The notes under the pieces are model-generated. The model did not search any database, had not been told where the DNA came from, and was given only the letters and a program-made list of their open reading frames with translations. From the NCBI GenBank assembly GCA_043821485.1, contig JBDRCU010000037.1, forward strand, positions 28,746-92,745: DNA of 64,000 bases, given 5' to 3'. Positions 27,977 to 36,881 of the stretch are shown in pieces. A program made the position numbers and the translations under genes. How positions within the stretch are numbered: position 1 is the first letter of the stretch; the number at the start of each line of letters is the position of its first letter. Source of the stretch: Parcubacteria group bacterium (GTDB lineage: Bacteria; Patescibacteriota; Minisyncoccia; 2-02-FULL-40-12; IGHO2-01-FULL-4-A).

Positions 27977-28594
27977 CTACAGCTTTATTTCTCTTACCTT
28001 AAGATACAGCTCTTCAGCACGCTCCCAGTCAAAATTATTCCAGAATACTTCAATGTAGGCTTTTCGATCTGCACCGAAATCCATGAAGTAAGCATGTTCG
28101 TAGACATCTAAGACTATAACCGGAATTGCTCCCCATACTCCTCCTTGATTATGCGAGTCACCATTATACTGCATAATCTTCCCTCGTCTTGGATCCCATG
28201 CAAGTACTGCCCAGCCACGAGATGCCATTGCACATTCAGTCATATATTTAATTCCATCTTTAACGCTTCCCCATTTTTCCTCTATTGCTTTTGACAATTC
28301 TGGAGCTTTATTTGAATCACCATCTCCTCCTAATACATCGAAATACCATTCATGCAGATACATACCATTAACAGAAAAAGTCTCTGCCTGCTTTAATGCG
28401 CGGAGTTCACTATATGTTTGATTGCCTTGAGCCTCTCCGCTTATTAGTTTGTCGCGTAGCTTTCCAAGACCACTCCATACTTCTTCTGCTTTCTCAACAT
28501 AACCAACATAAAGTTTGTCATGATGCGTCTCAATTGTTTCCTTAGAAATTCCCTTGAGAGAATCTTTATCGAATTTTAATGGTTTAGGTTCCAT
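27977..28594 (-). CDS. sodA: Fe/Mn superoxide dismutase
   Basis: A C-terminal LDVYEHAYF motif (DVWEHAYY-like) is present. The product is 205 aa. Confidence 0.9.
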   Translation of the reverse strand: MEPKPLKFDKDSLKGISKETIETHHDKLYVGYVEKAEEVWSGLGKLRDKLISGEAQGNQTYSELRALKQAETFSVNGMYLHEWYFDVLGGDGDSNKAPELSKAIEEKWGSVKDGIKYMTECAMASRGWAVLAWDPRRGKIMQYNGDSHNQGGVWGAIPVIVLDVYEHAYFMDFGADRKAYIEVFWNNFDWERAEELYLKVREIKL

Positions 28595-28612
28595 TTTAAA
28601 TATTGCACTGCC

Positions 28613-28900
28613 CTAATTAGGTATTTTCTCTGTCATATCTCCGGATAATAATTTTTCTATCATGACTTTGTCAAAACCAATAACATATTGATCTCCTATC
28701 TGAATTACTGGCACGCCCATTTGATGCGTATTGTCGAACATCTCCTGACGTTTCTCAGCATCAACTGCTACATCATACTCCTCATACTTAATATTATTTT
28801 CCTTAAAGTATTCTTTTGCCATTTTACAATATCCGCAAGCAGGCGTTGTGTAAATTGCCACTTTCTTTGCACCATTTGATGCCTTGTTTGTATTTGTCAT
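28613..28900 (-). CDS. Glutaredoxin-like (NrdH/Grx) thioredoxin-fold protein
   Basis: A CGYC active site (YTTPACGYCKMAKEYF) is present. The product is 95 aa. Confidence 0.75.
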   Translation of the reverse strand: MTNTNKASNGAKKVAIYTTPACGYCKMAKEYFKENNIKYEEYDVAVDAEKRQEMFDNTHQMGVPVIQIGDQYVIGFDKVMIEKLLSGDMTEKIPN

Positions 28901-29026
28901 TTTCTTATTATTAATTATTGATATATAGATGCCTTATTAAGACTACTAATCCCCTGTTTGGGTTGCAGGAGTTTGTATCTCAACTATTTTTATTATATCA
29001 TACTCGTCAATCTCTCTAATATTTAA

Positions 29027-29488
29027 ATGTGGTATAATCTAGACACTATGGGATTCTTACTAAAAACAGCGTTATTTATCGTAATAGTAGTACTCGTAGG
29101 AGGATATATCTCCTACAATTATGACGATCTGAAACAAAAAACAACGGAGTTTATTAATCCGGCAATTAAGGAAGACAGGCTTTTGACCGAGCTTATGGAT
29201 GGCCTAGAGGGCCTCGGAGCGGATATAGCAGGGCTTGATCTCTCTGGCGAATCTTCTGAAATACGGGATGTATTAGAACGCAGTCAACAACTAATAGCAG
29301 AATCGGAAGCAAAGATCGTAGAAGTTAAAGGAATAAACGATAAAAAGATATCAACGATCAGTTCAGGCATAGGACGAATAAACGATCTCATCAGAAAACC
29401 TATTGAAATCTTCACAGACCCCGCACCAGCAGCATCATTCTCATATGAAACGGATGACGGCGAATATACTTGCGAATTAAATCAGTAA
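29027..29488 (+). CDS. Hypothetical membrane-anchored protein
   Basis: An N-terminal TM helix is followed by a coiled/charged region. No motif was recognised. Confidence 0.45.
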   Translation: MWYNLDTMGFLLKTALFIVIVVLVGGYISYNYDDLKQKTTEFINPAIKEDRLLTELMDGLEGLGADIAGLDLSGESSEIRDVLERSQQLIAESEAKIVEVKGINDKKISTISSGIGRINDLIRKPIEIFTDPAPAASFSYETDDGEYTCELNQ

Positions 29489-29568
29489 TCAAAACGAAAA
29501 CGCCGCTCGACAGTGCGAGTTTTGTTTTCGCACTACCTTACGACGTGTCGTGGTACATGTTTTTCCTC

Positions 29569-30108
29569 CTATCCCTGGAAGGTTTCAGTTGCCGCGCCAT
29601 TGGCATTGGGCCAGCGGCGCTTGAAAAGTATCGGAACGAGGATCCTGACGGGGACCTTATGTAAGGCACCCTCCAGCCACAGGATTACCTTGAGTCCTGG
29701 GAAGAAGTGATTCAGACGCTCACAGCAAGTCTGACACAAGTTGGCGACATGGATATCTCCAGTCTGCTTCTTTCTGTGAACTGTCACCAACGTTACCGGT
29801 TTCCCGTTCCTCTTAGCAGCACAGTGCATGAGCCCCACTTCGGCACAGCTCGAGGACTGACCTATGGGAGTATCGAGTTGGAGACCATCGAACTCATTGC
29901 CCTGGCTGTCGACGCTAAGCGCGTACAGCTGGTGAAAGCCATGCTGGTAATATCCCTCCAGTGCAGCCTTGGCCCGTTCGACAAGTCTCTCATCTTCCCT
30001 GGTCATCGGCTCTTCAAACTTCAGAATCATCTGGACGTGTGCACTGTGGCATATCGTTTCCAGCTTTTGCCACTCTTCTTGGTCTGGTTTGTCGGGTTTC
30101 TCGCCCAT
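29569..30108 (-). CDS. Cytidine/deoxycytidylate deaminase-fold protein (tetrameric CDA / blasticidin-S deaminase-like) in GC-rich island E
   Basis: Zinc ligand motifs SCAEV (CxE) and CQTCC (CxxC) are present. Their spacing, and the flanking pattern AKAAL..Y..GFHQLYAL...G......TP, match the homotetrameric cytidine deaminase pattern. The ATG at 30108 follows an AAGGGAG Shine-Dalgarno site. Confidence 0.7.
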   Translation of the reverse strand: MGEKPDKPDQEEWQKLETICHSAHVQMILKFEEPMTREDERLVERAKAALEGYYQHGFHQLYALSVDSQGNEFDGLQLDTPIGQSSSCAEVGLMHCAAKRNGKPVTLVTVHRKKQTGDIHVANLCQTCCERLNHFFPGLKVILWLEGALHKVPVRILVPILFKRRWPNANGAATETFQG

Positions 30109-30188
30109 CGGGTTCTCCCTTCTTCTAAATCCTGAGTTCCACGACAATAACAGACTATGATTTAAATGTCAAATCTACTTAATTCTAT

Positions 30189-30953
30189 TTATTCAAATGA
30201 AATCGAGTTTATTATGGTTTCTATAGGCTCTTCTCTGTCTTGTTGTGAAATTACAAAAGTATAATCCGGACCAGAAACTAATATCAGTCTCACAGCAGAA
30301 CAATTCCAATAATCGGAGCGCATGATTACCTGATATGCATCTTTATTACTAAAATTTATATACCCCTCAGAGATAACACAATCACTAGGTATGGGTTTCC
30401 CCTGTTTATTAATCATAAAATCCCTCCATTCTGTCAGGTTTATTTTCCAGTCATAAATATCAATAGGCTCTTCGTTGTTTTCTATATATCCCTCTGGATA
30501 ACAGATTGAAAATCCAAATCTTTCACTGACTTCTTTAATCCAGTCATTCGGACAAGACGACATAAACTTGTTAGCTGCTTCTATTGAGACACTCTCATCT
30601 AACGAGCCTCCTCCCCTACCCCCAGCCAAAGGTTGAACAGACATGAATACATCTCCGTTTTCATCAAGGCCTACTTCGCTTCCCATAATTTGTATTTCTT
30701 GATCATCAGTAATATCTAAAGTAGATTCCGATATGGACTTTGGATAAAATCCAGCCACAAGCAATACTAGGATACCAAAAGCAAATGCGTATTTAAAAGC
30801 ATGGTTCCAAGAAAATGAACTTGGATGCGCCACCACCGCATCTTCTTCCGGCAAAGATTCCAACATCTTAATCATTGCCTCTTTCGAAGGCTTTGCTTCC
30901 CTATATCTTTTCAGAGAATCCCTTATTAATTTTTCTGCTTTTTCATCATTCAT
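30189..30953 (-). CDS. Putative anti-sigma factor (single TM), co-transcribed with the ECF sigma factor
   Basis: The gene overlaps the sigma gene stop by 8 nt. A central TM helix AFAFGILVLLVAGF is present. Confidence 0.5.
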   Translation of the reverse strand: MNDEKAEKLIRDSLKRYREAKPSKEAMIKMLESLPEEDAVVAHPSSFSWNHAFKYAFAFGILVLLVAGFYPKSISESTLDITDDQEIQIMGSEVGLDENGDVFMSVQPLAGGRGGGSLDESVSIEAANKFMSSCPNDWIKEVSERFGFSICYPEGYIENNEEPIDIYDWKINLTEWRDFMINKQGKPIPSDCVISEGYINFSNKDAYQVIMRSDYWNCSAVRLILVSGPDYTFVISQQDREEPIETIINSISFE

Positions 30954-31512
30954 GATTTTGTTCTAATTTTTCTTTTAATTTCTTTATTGCTCTTGATTGT
31001 AATTGCCTTATTGCATCTTCTTTCTTCCCTGTTATCTCTGCTATCTCCTTATTTGATAAATCATTCACAAACTTCAATGTTATAATTTCTTTCTGCTCAT
31101 CAGTTAATCCCTCAATGCATTCCATTACAGTACGAATCTCATCTTTTTTAATTAATTCTAAATTTAATCCATCGCTCGAATCCGGAATATTTTGCATCAT
31201 ACTTTCTGGTTCTTCAAAAAGCATTTCTTTCTTCTTCTTCCAACCGTCAATCACAGTATTGCGTGCAATTGTAAAAAAATATGCCAATGGATCACTGCTA
31301 GTCTCTCTGAATCTGTCAATTGCCTTGAAAGCTTTTACAAAAACAATCTGCACGATATCCTCTGATTCTTCTTTGCTCCGTACTCTGTGATAAACATAAC
31401 GATAAATCGGCGTGAAATATATGTCATACAAAATCCCAAATGCCTGGCTATCGCCTGCTTTTGCCTTCAGAATCAATTGTTTCGGATCTTCGTTTCCATT
31501 ACCACTGGTCAT
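30946..31512 (-). CDS. ECF-type RNA polymerase sigma-70 family factor
   Basis: The sigma-70 region 2 pattern YRYVYHRV...EDIVQIVFVKAF is present. A region-4 HTH is present. The product is 188 aa. Confidence 0.85.
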   Translation of the reverse strand: MTSGNGNEDPKQLILKAKAGDSQAFGILYDIYFTPIYRYVYHRVRSKEESEDIVQIVFVKAFKAIDRFRETSSDPLAYFFTIARNTVIDGWKKKKEMLFEEPESMMQNIPDSSDGLNLELIKKDEIRTVMECIEGLTDEQKEIITLKFVNDLSNKEIAEITGKKEDAIRQLQSRAIKKLKEKLEQNHE

Positions 31513-31606
31513 ATAACGATTATACTATAAATGTTGTGATTCGGAGTATATTCGATTGTTTAATATTGTCAAAATGTTATAATGGAGGGGTGTTTAAACA
31601 GTATAT

Positions 31607-32605
31607 ATGAAATATCCGCAAAGAGTACAGTTTCCAAAAGGGAAACAAAAAGAATTCCTATTTAATATAAAGAGAGTTCTCAAATGGGATACAAATGAGA
31701 TTGCGAATTTAGTAGGATTATCTACTCGTACTATACGTGACTGGCAAAGAGAAAAACTACTCATGTCATTACCAGCATTTAATAAGCTACTGAATGAATC
31801 TGGTATCCCTAAACCCAAAGGAATCAAAATCAGAGATCCATTTTGGTATACACAAGATGGAGGCATGAGAGGATATATAGCTTTAATAAAAAAGTACGGT
31901 CATTTCCCCAAAAATGAGAAAAAGCGAAAAGAGAAGTGGTATGAATGGTGGAATACCAAAGGCAAATACAGTCATCCACTTACAGTCTCCTCCCCCATCT
32001 CCCGACCTAGAAAATCTAAGGATCTAGCTGAGATGACCGGTATACTCCTAGGTGATGGTGGTATAACAAAAAACCAAGTTATTGTCACTTTAAATTGCAG
32101 AGATGACAAAGAATACTCAGAATACGTATATACACTAATGCAGAAATTATTTGGGGTGACTCCAAGTGTATATAGGCAGGAAGAAGCTTCTGTTAATAAG
32201 ATAGCGATATCCCGCGTCCAACTTGTAAAATACTGTGTAGAAAACTTGGGATTGGTTATCGGTGATAAAATAAGACAGCAAATAGATATACCCAAATGGG
32301 TTAAAGCTAATCAGAAATACAGCATCGCATGTCTTAGAGGCCTAGTAGATACAGACGGTTCTATATTCCTGGAATGTCATAAAATAAAAGGAAAGAAGTA
32401 TTGTTATCAACGCTTGAATTTCACTAGTCTTTCTGAGCCATTGCGGAAATCAGTTTTTAAGATATATACAAAATTAGGATTAACTCCAAAATTAAGAAAC
32501 AACAGATCCGTACAGATTGAAAAAAAGGAAGAAATAGCGTACTATTTCCGTACAGTAGACACAAGTAATCCTAAACATCGTAGACGCTTTGGAGGAGTCG
32601 GATAG
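31607..32605 (+). CDS. Free-standing HTH + double-motif LAGLIDADG endonuclease-like protein
   Basis: The N-terminal HTH is EIANLVGLSTRTIRDWQ. LAGLIDADG motif 1 is LAEMTGILLGDGGI. LAGLIDADG motif 2 is LRGLVDTDGSI. The 3' end overlaps tRNA-Ser by 15 nt. Confidence 0.75.
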   Translation: MKYPQRVQFPKGKQKEFLFNIKRVLKWDTNEIANLVGLSTRTIRDWQREKLLMSLPAFNKLLNESGIPKPKGIKIRDPFWYTQDGGMRGYIALIKKYGHFPKNEKKRKEKWYEWWNTKGKYSHPLTVSSPISRPRKSKDLAEMTGILLGDGGITKNQVIVTLNCRDDKEYSEYVYTLMQKLFGVTPSVYRQEEASVNKIAISRVQLVKYCVENLGLVIGDKIRQQIDIPKWVKANQKYSIACLRGLVDTDGSIFLECHKIKGKKYCYQRLNFTSLSEPLRKSVFKIYTKLGLTPKLRNNRSVQIEKKEEIAYYFRTVDTSNPKHRRRFGGVG

Positions 32606-32674
32606 TGGTTTATTCCAGCTGATTTGAAATCAGCCGGCCGCAAGGCCTCGTGGGTTCGAATCCCACCTCCTCCG
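32591..32674 (+). tRNA. tRNA-Ser (anticodon TGA), type II
   Basis: The acceptor is GGAGGAG/CTCCTCC. The anticodon stem GCTGA/TCAGC carries a TTTGAAA loop. The variable arm is GGCCGCAAGGCC and the T-arm is GTGGGTTCGAATCCCAC. No CCA is encoded. Confidence 0.8.
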
Positions 32675-32758
32675 CATGTTGATCTGTACCCCATAAAGTG
32701 GACACGGGGTATGGTCTATATGTTTTCTTTTGTTAACATTAATCATTAACAAAAGAAT

Positions 32759-33196
32759 ATGAGAACAATATATTCAAGCGAGGAAATCGCCAAGTTAAAA
32801 CAAAATCCATGTGTATTTAATTGCACAGAAAGGTTGATCAATTACACCTACGAGTTCAAGAAGCGCGCATTAAAATTGCATGCACAAGGAGTAAGTGCGA
32901 GGGAGATATGGAAGCGATCGGGCTTCGATGTCGATAAATGGAAAAAGCATTACTTCAAAGGAACTCTCCGTGATTGGAAGAAGATCGTAGAGAAAAATGG
33001 GGTCGAAGGGTTATTAAAACCTGATGGTATACAATTCGACAGAGGACCGAACAAGACTGACAAAGACAAATTAAAACGTCTGGAACTTCAGGTTAGATAT
33101 CTTGAAGCAGAAAACGATTTTTTAGCCAAACTCCGGGCCAAAAGAGCGGAGTCAAACTCAGGCCGTGTGAGAAATACAGAATCATCAAAGAATTAA
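32759..33196 (+). CDS. IS3-family transposase OrfA (HTH / leucine-zipper)
   Basis: The 145-aa product has a C-terminal heptad Leu repeat LKRLELQVRYLEAENDFLAKL. Confidence 0.85.
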   Translation: MRTIYSSEEIAKLKQNPCVFNCTERLINYTYEFKKRALKLHAQGVSAREIWKRSGFDVDKWKKHYFKGTLRDWKKIVEKNGVEGLLKPDGIQFDRGPNKTDKDKLKRLELQVRYLEAENDFLAKLRAKRAESNSGRVRNTESSKN

Positions 33197-34020
33197 ATGA
33201 TGATGCCAGTGTTCTTTGTTCATTAGCATATGTCTCCAGGAGTGGATACTACAAATGGTTACGAACTGCGGATCTGCCGGACAAGGACTATCCTGATTAT
33301 TTAAAAATCAAGAAGGTATTTGACAAAGGTAAGGGCAAATACGGCTGGAGAGCGATTAAAATGAGGATTCCAGCGATGAATCACAAGAAGATACAGCGGA
33401 TCATGAGGAAGTATGAATTGGTTGCCAAAGTGAGGAAAAGAAACCCATACAAGGCAATCATGAAAGAACGACTAGAACACAGGATATTCCCCAACAAACT
33501 CCAGAGAGAGTTTAATCAGACAATACCTCGCACCGTATTTTGCACCGACATCACCTATCTGCCGTTTAATCAACGGTTTGCCTACCTCTCAGTGGTAAAG
33601 GATGTTGCGACCGGTGAGGTGGTGGCATGGAGTGTGTCATCCGGTCTTGAGATGACACTGGTAACAGAAACAATCGAACAAATGGAGCCATGTGAAAATG
33701 CGCTGATCCATTCCGACCAAGGGTTCCACTACACCAATCCGTTGTTCATTGAGAACGTAAAGGAGCTCAGAATGAACCAATCAATGTCTGGTAAAGGAAA
33801 CTGCATAGACAATGCACCGATTGAATCCTTTTTTGGCCACATGAAAGACGAGCTGGATTACAAATCCTGCACATCTTTAGAAGAATTGCGTTTGAGAATT
33901 GAAGAATATATGAGATACTACAATTACGAAAGAAAGCAGTGGACAAGGAACAAGATGGCTCCGATTGAGTACAGAGATCATCTTTTGGCTCAATCAGAGG
34001 GGCAGGTGGTGTGTTCCTAA
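33118..34020 (+). CDS. IS3-family transposase OrfB (DDE integrase core), expressed by -1 frameshift from orfA
   Basis: The -1 frame is open from about 33,106. A candidate slippery heptamer T_TTT_TTA lies at 33,118-33,124. The product carries the rve-domain motifs HSDQGFHYT and MSGKGNCIDNAPIESFF. The first in-frame ATG is at 33,361. Confidence 0.78.
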   Translation, partial: FFSQTPGQKSGVKLRPCEKYRIIKELNDDASVLCSLAYVSRSGYYKWLRTADLPDKDYPDYLKIKKVFDKGKGKYGWRAIKMRIPAMNHKKIQRIMRKYELVAKVRKRNPYKAIMKERLEHRIFPNKLQREFNQTIPRTVFCTDITYLPFNQRFAYLSVVKDVATGEVVAWSVSSGLEMTLVTETIEQMEPCENALIHSDQGFHYTNPLFIENVKELRMNQSMSGKGNCIDNAPIESFFGHMKDELDYKSCTSLEELRLRIEEYMRYYNYERKQWTRNKMAPIEYRDHLLAQSEGQVVCS

Positions 34021-34079
34021 AGTGTCTACTAAATGGGGTACGGATCACAATTTACAATTTCAGAGTTTTCTTTGGTGGC

Positions 34080-35135
34080 TTAATAAATTGTACTCCACCG
34101 ATTTACAAAGAGTTTATTTTCCCCAGGAACAACTTGCCAAATATCGCCTGTTCGATCAACGTGAAGTAATTTTACTACCCAAATACTGTAATCGCTATTT
34201 GGAATATCAAAAGTAGTTGATAAATTGCCAGATGAATTATATCTGCGAACTTGTAATTTTACACCGGCTCCGTCACTTATCTCTGCCTGGATATAAAAAT
34301 TACCATTTTGATCTTCGCTCAAAAAAACTAGCGAGCGCAATCCATTTATTCCTACTACGATAGTTTTCTCTGTAATACCGGCTTGGCTGATAATATCTAC
34401 TGTGCCCCCGCCCGTATAATTGGTTTTATACCTTTTCCCACTCAAGCCGTAGATTCCGTCTATCTTTGTCACGCTTTCTGATTTTAAATTTCCTTCTGTT
34501 AAAGAAATAAGGTAGCTATTCTGTTGACTGTCAGTAATATATAATTTGTTGTCAAATATATATAATTCACCGTATGTATTTTTACTTGAAGAAATTTCAG
34601 AAAAAGCAGAGGGGTTTTCAATTTTACCCAACAAAGAACCGCTACCATCGTACTTGTATAGTGAGTAACGGGAACCCTGCGCGTAGCCATAAACATTATC
34701 GTCATCATCAACGACGATATCTACGAGTGATTGAGCTGTATTTATAATTGATAATTGTTTTCCACTAGAGTCAAAAACTTTTACCCTGCTGTTCTGGAAA
34801 TCAGTTATATAGAGATAATTTCTTTTGTCGGTAGAAAAGGACGATGGCCCCGACCCGCCCGCGACTCGCATAATACCGAATTGTTGTTCACCATCGCCAT
34901 AATCAAAGCTTTCCGAGACCATTTTCTTATAATTCGTATATGCCGAAGAAGTTGGTTGATTAGAGAGTTGAGATGTCGGATTAGATTCGAACGTGTTTGC
35001 TGCTTGCGTAGGAATCAGCGTTGGCTGCTGAGCAATTGGTTCCGACTTTTTTACAAAAACAAAATACCCAACTACACCTACAAGTAGGATGATTGCTACG
35101 ACCAAAATTATGTTTTTAAATCCTTTTTGATTCAT
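34080..35135 (-). CDS. Membrane-anchored protein with beta-propeller-like (NHL-type) repeats
   Basis: An N-terminal TM is followed by a Ser/Thr/Gln-rich linker. Repeated ...YITD.QN.RV.VFD..G... segments follow. The product is 351 aa. Confidence 0.5.
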   Translation of the reverse strand: MNQKGFKNIILVVAIILLVGVVGYFVFVKKSEPIAQQPTLIPTQAANTFESNPTSQLSNQPTSSAYTNYKKMVSESFDYGDGEQQFGIMRVAGGSGPSSFSTDKRNYLYITDFQNSRVKVFDSSGKQLSIINTAQSLVDIVVDDDDNVYGYAQGSRYSLYKYDGSGSLLGKIENPSAFSEISSSKNTYGELYIFDNKLYITDSQQNSYLISLTEGNLKSESVTKIDGIYGLSGKRYKTNYTGGGTVDIISQAGITEKTIVVGINGLRSLVFLSEDQNGNFYIQAEISDGAGVKLQVRRYNSSGNLSTTFDIPNSDYSIWVVKLLHVDRTGDIWQVVPGENKLFVNRWSTIY

Positions 35136-35255
35136 ATGTTTAGAATTATTAGTTAATAATTTTTATAACTTTATGAAAAAAATTCTTTTACCTCTACAGA
35201 TGCTCCTACAGAATTCAGTTCAAGCTATTTTTAATACACACCGCATAAACAGCTC

Positions 35256-35597
35256 TTAATTCCTCCTTTGTCTCTGCTCCCGAGTATCTGAAATATCATT
35301 TATTACAGCCTCTATATCTACTCTGTCTCTTATTTGTTTAGGTAATTTACGAAATAGTTCTCTTATTTTAATTGACTCTGTAGCATGCCCTGTATCAAAA
35401 TATATTCTAATAGTATCAAGAATATCCTGTATACACATTTTCTTATCTCTGTATAATTCAAAATTGTTTGACGGGGACCTCGTCATTTCTACACTTATCT
35501 TCGATCCTGCTATTACCAAAAATTTTCGAAAATCGTTCGAAGTAGTACATTTGTCTCCTTCCTGAAAACTTTCTCTTTTAATGGCTCGTTCGTTCAT
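35256..35597 (-). CDS. Hypothetical protein
   Basis: The only support is a 113-aa ORF. Confidence 0.4.
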   Translation of the reverse strand: MNERAIKRESFQEGDKCTTSNDFRKFLVIAGSKISVEMTRSPSNNFELYRDKKMCIQDILDTIRIYFDTGHATESIKIRELFRKLPKQIRDRVDIEAVINDISDTREQRQRRN

Positions 35598-35611
35598 ATA
35601 TGGGATTATAT

Positions 35612-36073
35612 TTACTTCTTGCTAGGATCCCCGTCAGGATCAAATGGATTATATTCACCTTCTTCTTCAAGTTTTGCCAATCTAGAAAGTTCTTTTACGC
35701 GCTCTTTCTCTATTCCAATAATATCTAGTATCCTCAATGTCATCTTTCTCGGTATCATACCTTCAGGAAGTCCGTCTAAAGCCTCAGTAACATTTTCGGT
35801 TTTACCCTCTTCAATAAATCTCTTTATTCTCTCTAGCGCTACGAAAACACTATCTTTAGATATAGGCTTATTTCCTTGTGATAAATTTTTATTCCATACA
35901 TCTATTTCATCCCCAAGTTCTGCCTTGGCATTTTCTATCTTTTTTCTTATTATCTCTTTTCGGGAAGGTTCTCTCTCTGGATCAAATTTTCCTTTTTCTC
36001 CCATAATAATCAAAAAATTAATTATTAACAATGATGTCAGCATAACATGCCTGTATCTGCGGTCAAATTGCAA
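35612..36073 (-). CDS. Hypothetical protein (N-terminal TM, charged C-terminal region)
   Basis: The only support is the ORF. The start is uncertain, with alternative ATGs at about 36,043 and 36,004. Confidence 0.4.
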   Translation of the reverse strand: MQFDRRYRHVMLTSLLIINFLIIMGEKGKFDPEREPSRKEIIRKKIENAKAELGDEIDVWNKNLSQGNKPISKDSVFVALERIKRFIEEGKTENVTEALDGLPEGMIPRKMTLRILDIIGIEKERVKELSRLAKLEEEGEYNPFDPDGDPSKK

Positions 36074-36103
36074 TATCTACAATATAAGAACGTCTAATAT
36101 ATT

Positions 36104-36385
36104 ATGACTTCCATTGCATTAGCAACAATTCTATATGGAATCTTTGGCGGACTCATACGCGGAGTAGTTGGCATTGCCAAATATCTTGAAAAAAACAAAA
36201 AAGAGAAAAAACTTCGCTGGGGCTATTTCATTTTTAGCCTCATGGTCGCAGGATTCATAGGAGCTATCGCAGGCGCAATATTAAAAGATGTAGGCTGGGA
36301 GATCGCATTGGTCGCCGGCTACGCAGGTACGGATTTCCTAGAAAGCCTATACAAAATCCGCGCAAAACAAGGCTTTGAGATCTAG
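36104..36385 (+). CDS. Small membrane protein
   Basis: The 93-aa ORF encodes two predicted TM helices. Confidence 0.45.
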   Translation: MTSIALATILYGIFGGLIRGVVGIAKYLEKNKKEKKLRWGYFIFSLMVAGFIGAIAGAILKDVGWEIALVAGYAGTDFLESLYKIRAKQGFEI

Positions 36386-36466
36386 AGCTTGTACTTTAGT
36401 CTCCATCTGCAGTAAAATGGTTATATAAATAACTAATTGCGTTAGCTTTTAGCTGACTCCAAATAT

Positions 36467-36880
36467 ATGAAAGTTCGACGTTTAGGAATACTGTCAACAG
36501 CTCTTACTGTTGCCACTTTGCAAGCGCTTCTAGGATTCTTTATAGCTCTATTCATATTATTAATGAACCTGGGCTTAGGCATAGTTTTCAGTGGAGCGAC
36601 AGGAGATCAATCTGCACTGGGAGCATTTCTAGGAATAGGGGCCGTATTAATAATTGTCCTTCCAATAATGCAATGGGTAGGAGGTTTCATAATGACTATC
36701 ATACTAGTAGCTATATATAATCTAGTAGCTGGATGGACCGGGGGTATAGATTTGCAATTTGAACAGCAACAGACATATCAGCCTGTACCACCTCAATCAG
36801 TACAGCAAACACCGCCACCGGTAGCACCTGAACAACAAATGCCTCCTCAGGCACCGCCTCAAATACCTCCAGCACAATAA
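36467..36880 (+). CDS. Membrane protein with a Gln/Pro-rich C-terminal tail
   Basis: Three to four TM helices are followed by QQQTYQPVPPQSVQQTPPPVAPEQQMPPQAPPQIPPAQ. Confidence 0.5.
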   Translation: MKVRRLGILSTALTVATLQALLGFFIALFILLMNLGLGIVFSGATGDQSALGAFLGIGAVLIIVLPIMQWVGGFIMTIILVAIYNLVAGWTGGIDLQFEQQQTYQPVPPQSVQQTPPPVAPEQQMPPQAPPQIPPAQ

Positions 36881-36881
36881 T

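Larger units (their letters stand above)
32680..34047 (+). mobile_element. IS3-family insertion sequence, about 1.37 kb, inserted 5 nt downstream of tRNA-Ser
   Basis: Imperfect terminal inverted repeats are present. The left is TGATCTGTACCCCATAAAGTGGACAC. The right, read inward, is TGATCCGTACCCCATTTAGTAGACAC. The element ends TG...CA. It carries orfA and orfB with a -1 frame offset. Confidence 0.8.

Noticed and set aside
29470-30160. Plus-strand ORFs 29470..29664, 29513..29710, 29707..30135 and 29969..30160.
   Set aside because: They are antisense to the deaminase-fold gene, have no Shine-Dalgarno site, and have low-complexity composition.
31607-32680. Considered whether the LAGLIDADG ORF sits in an intron of the downstream tRNA.
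   Set aside because: A complete, uninterrupted tRNA-Ser(UGA) folds from 32591 to 32674. The ORF merely overlaps its 5' end.
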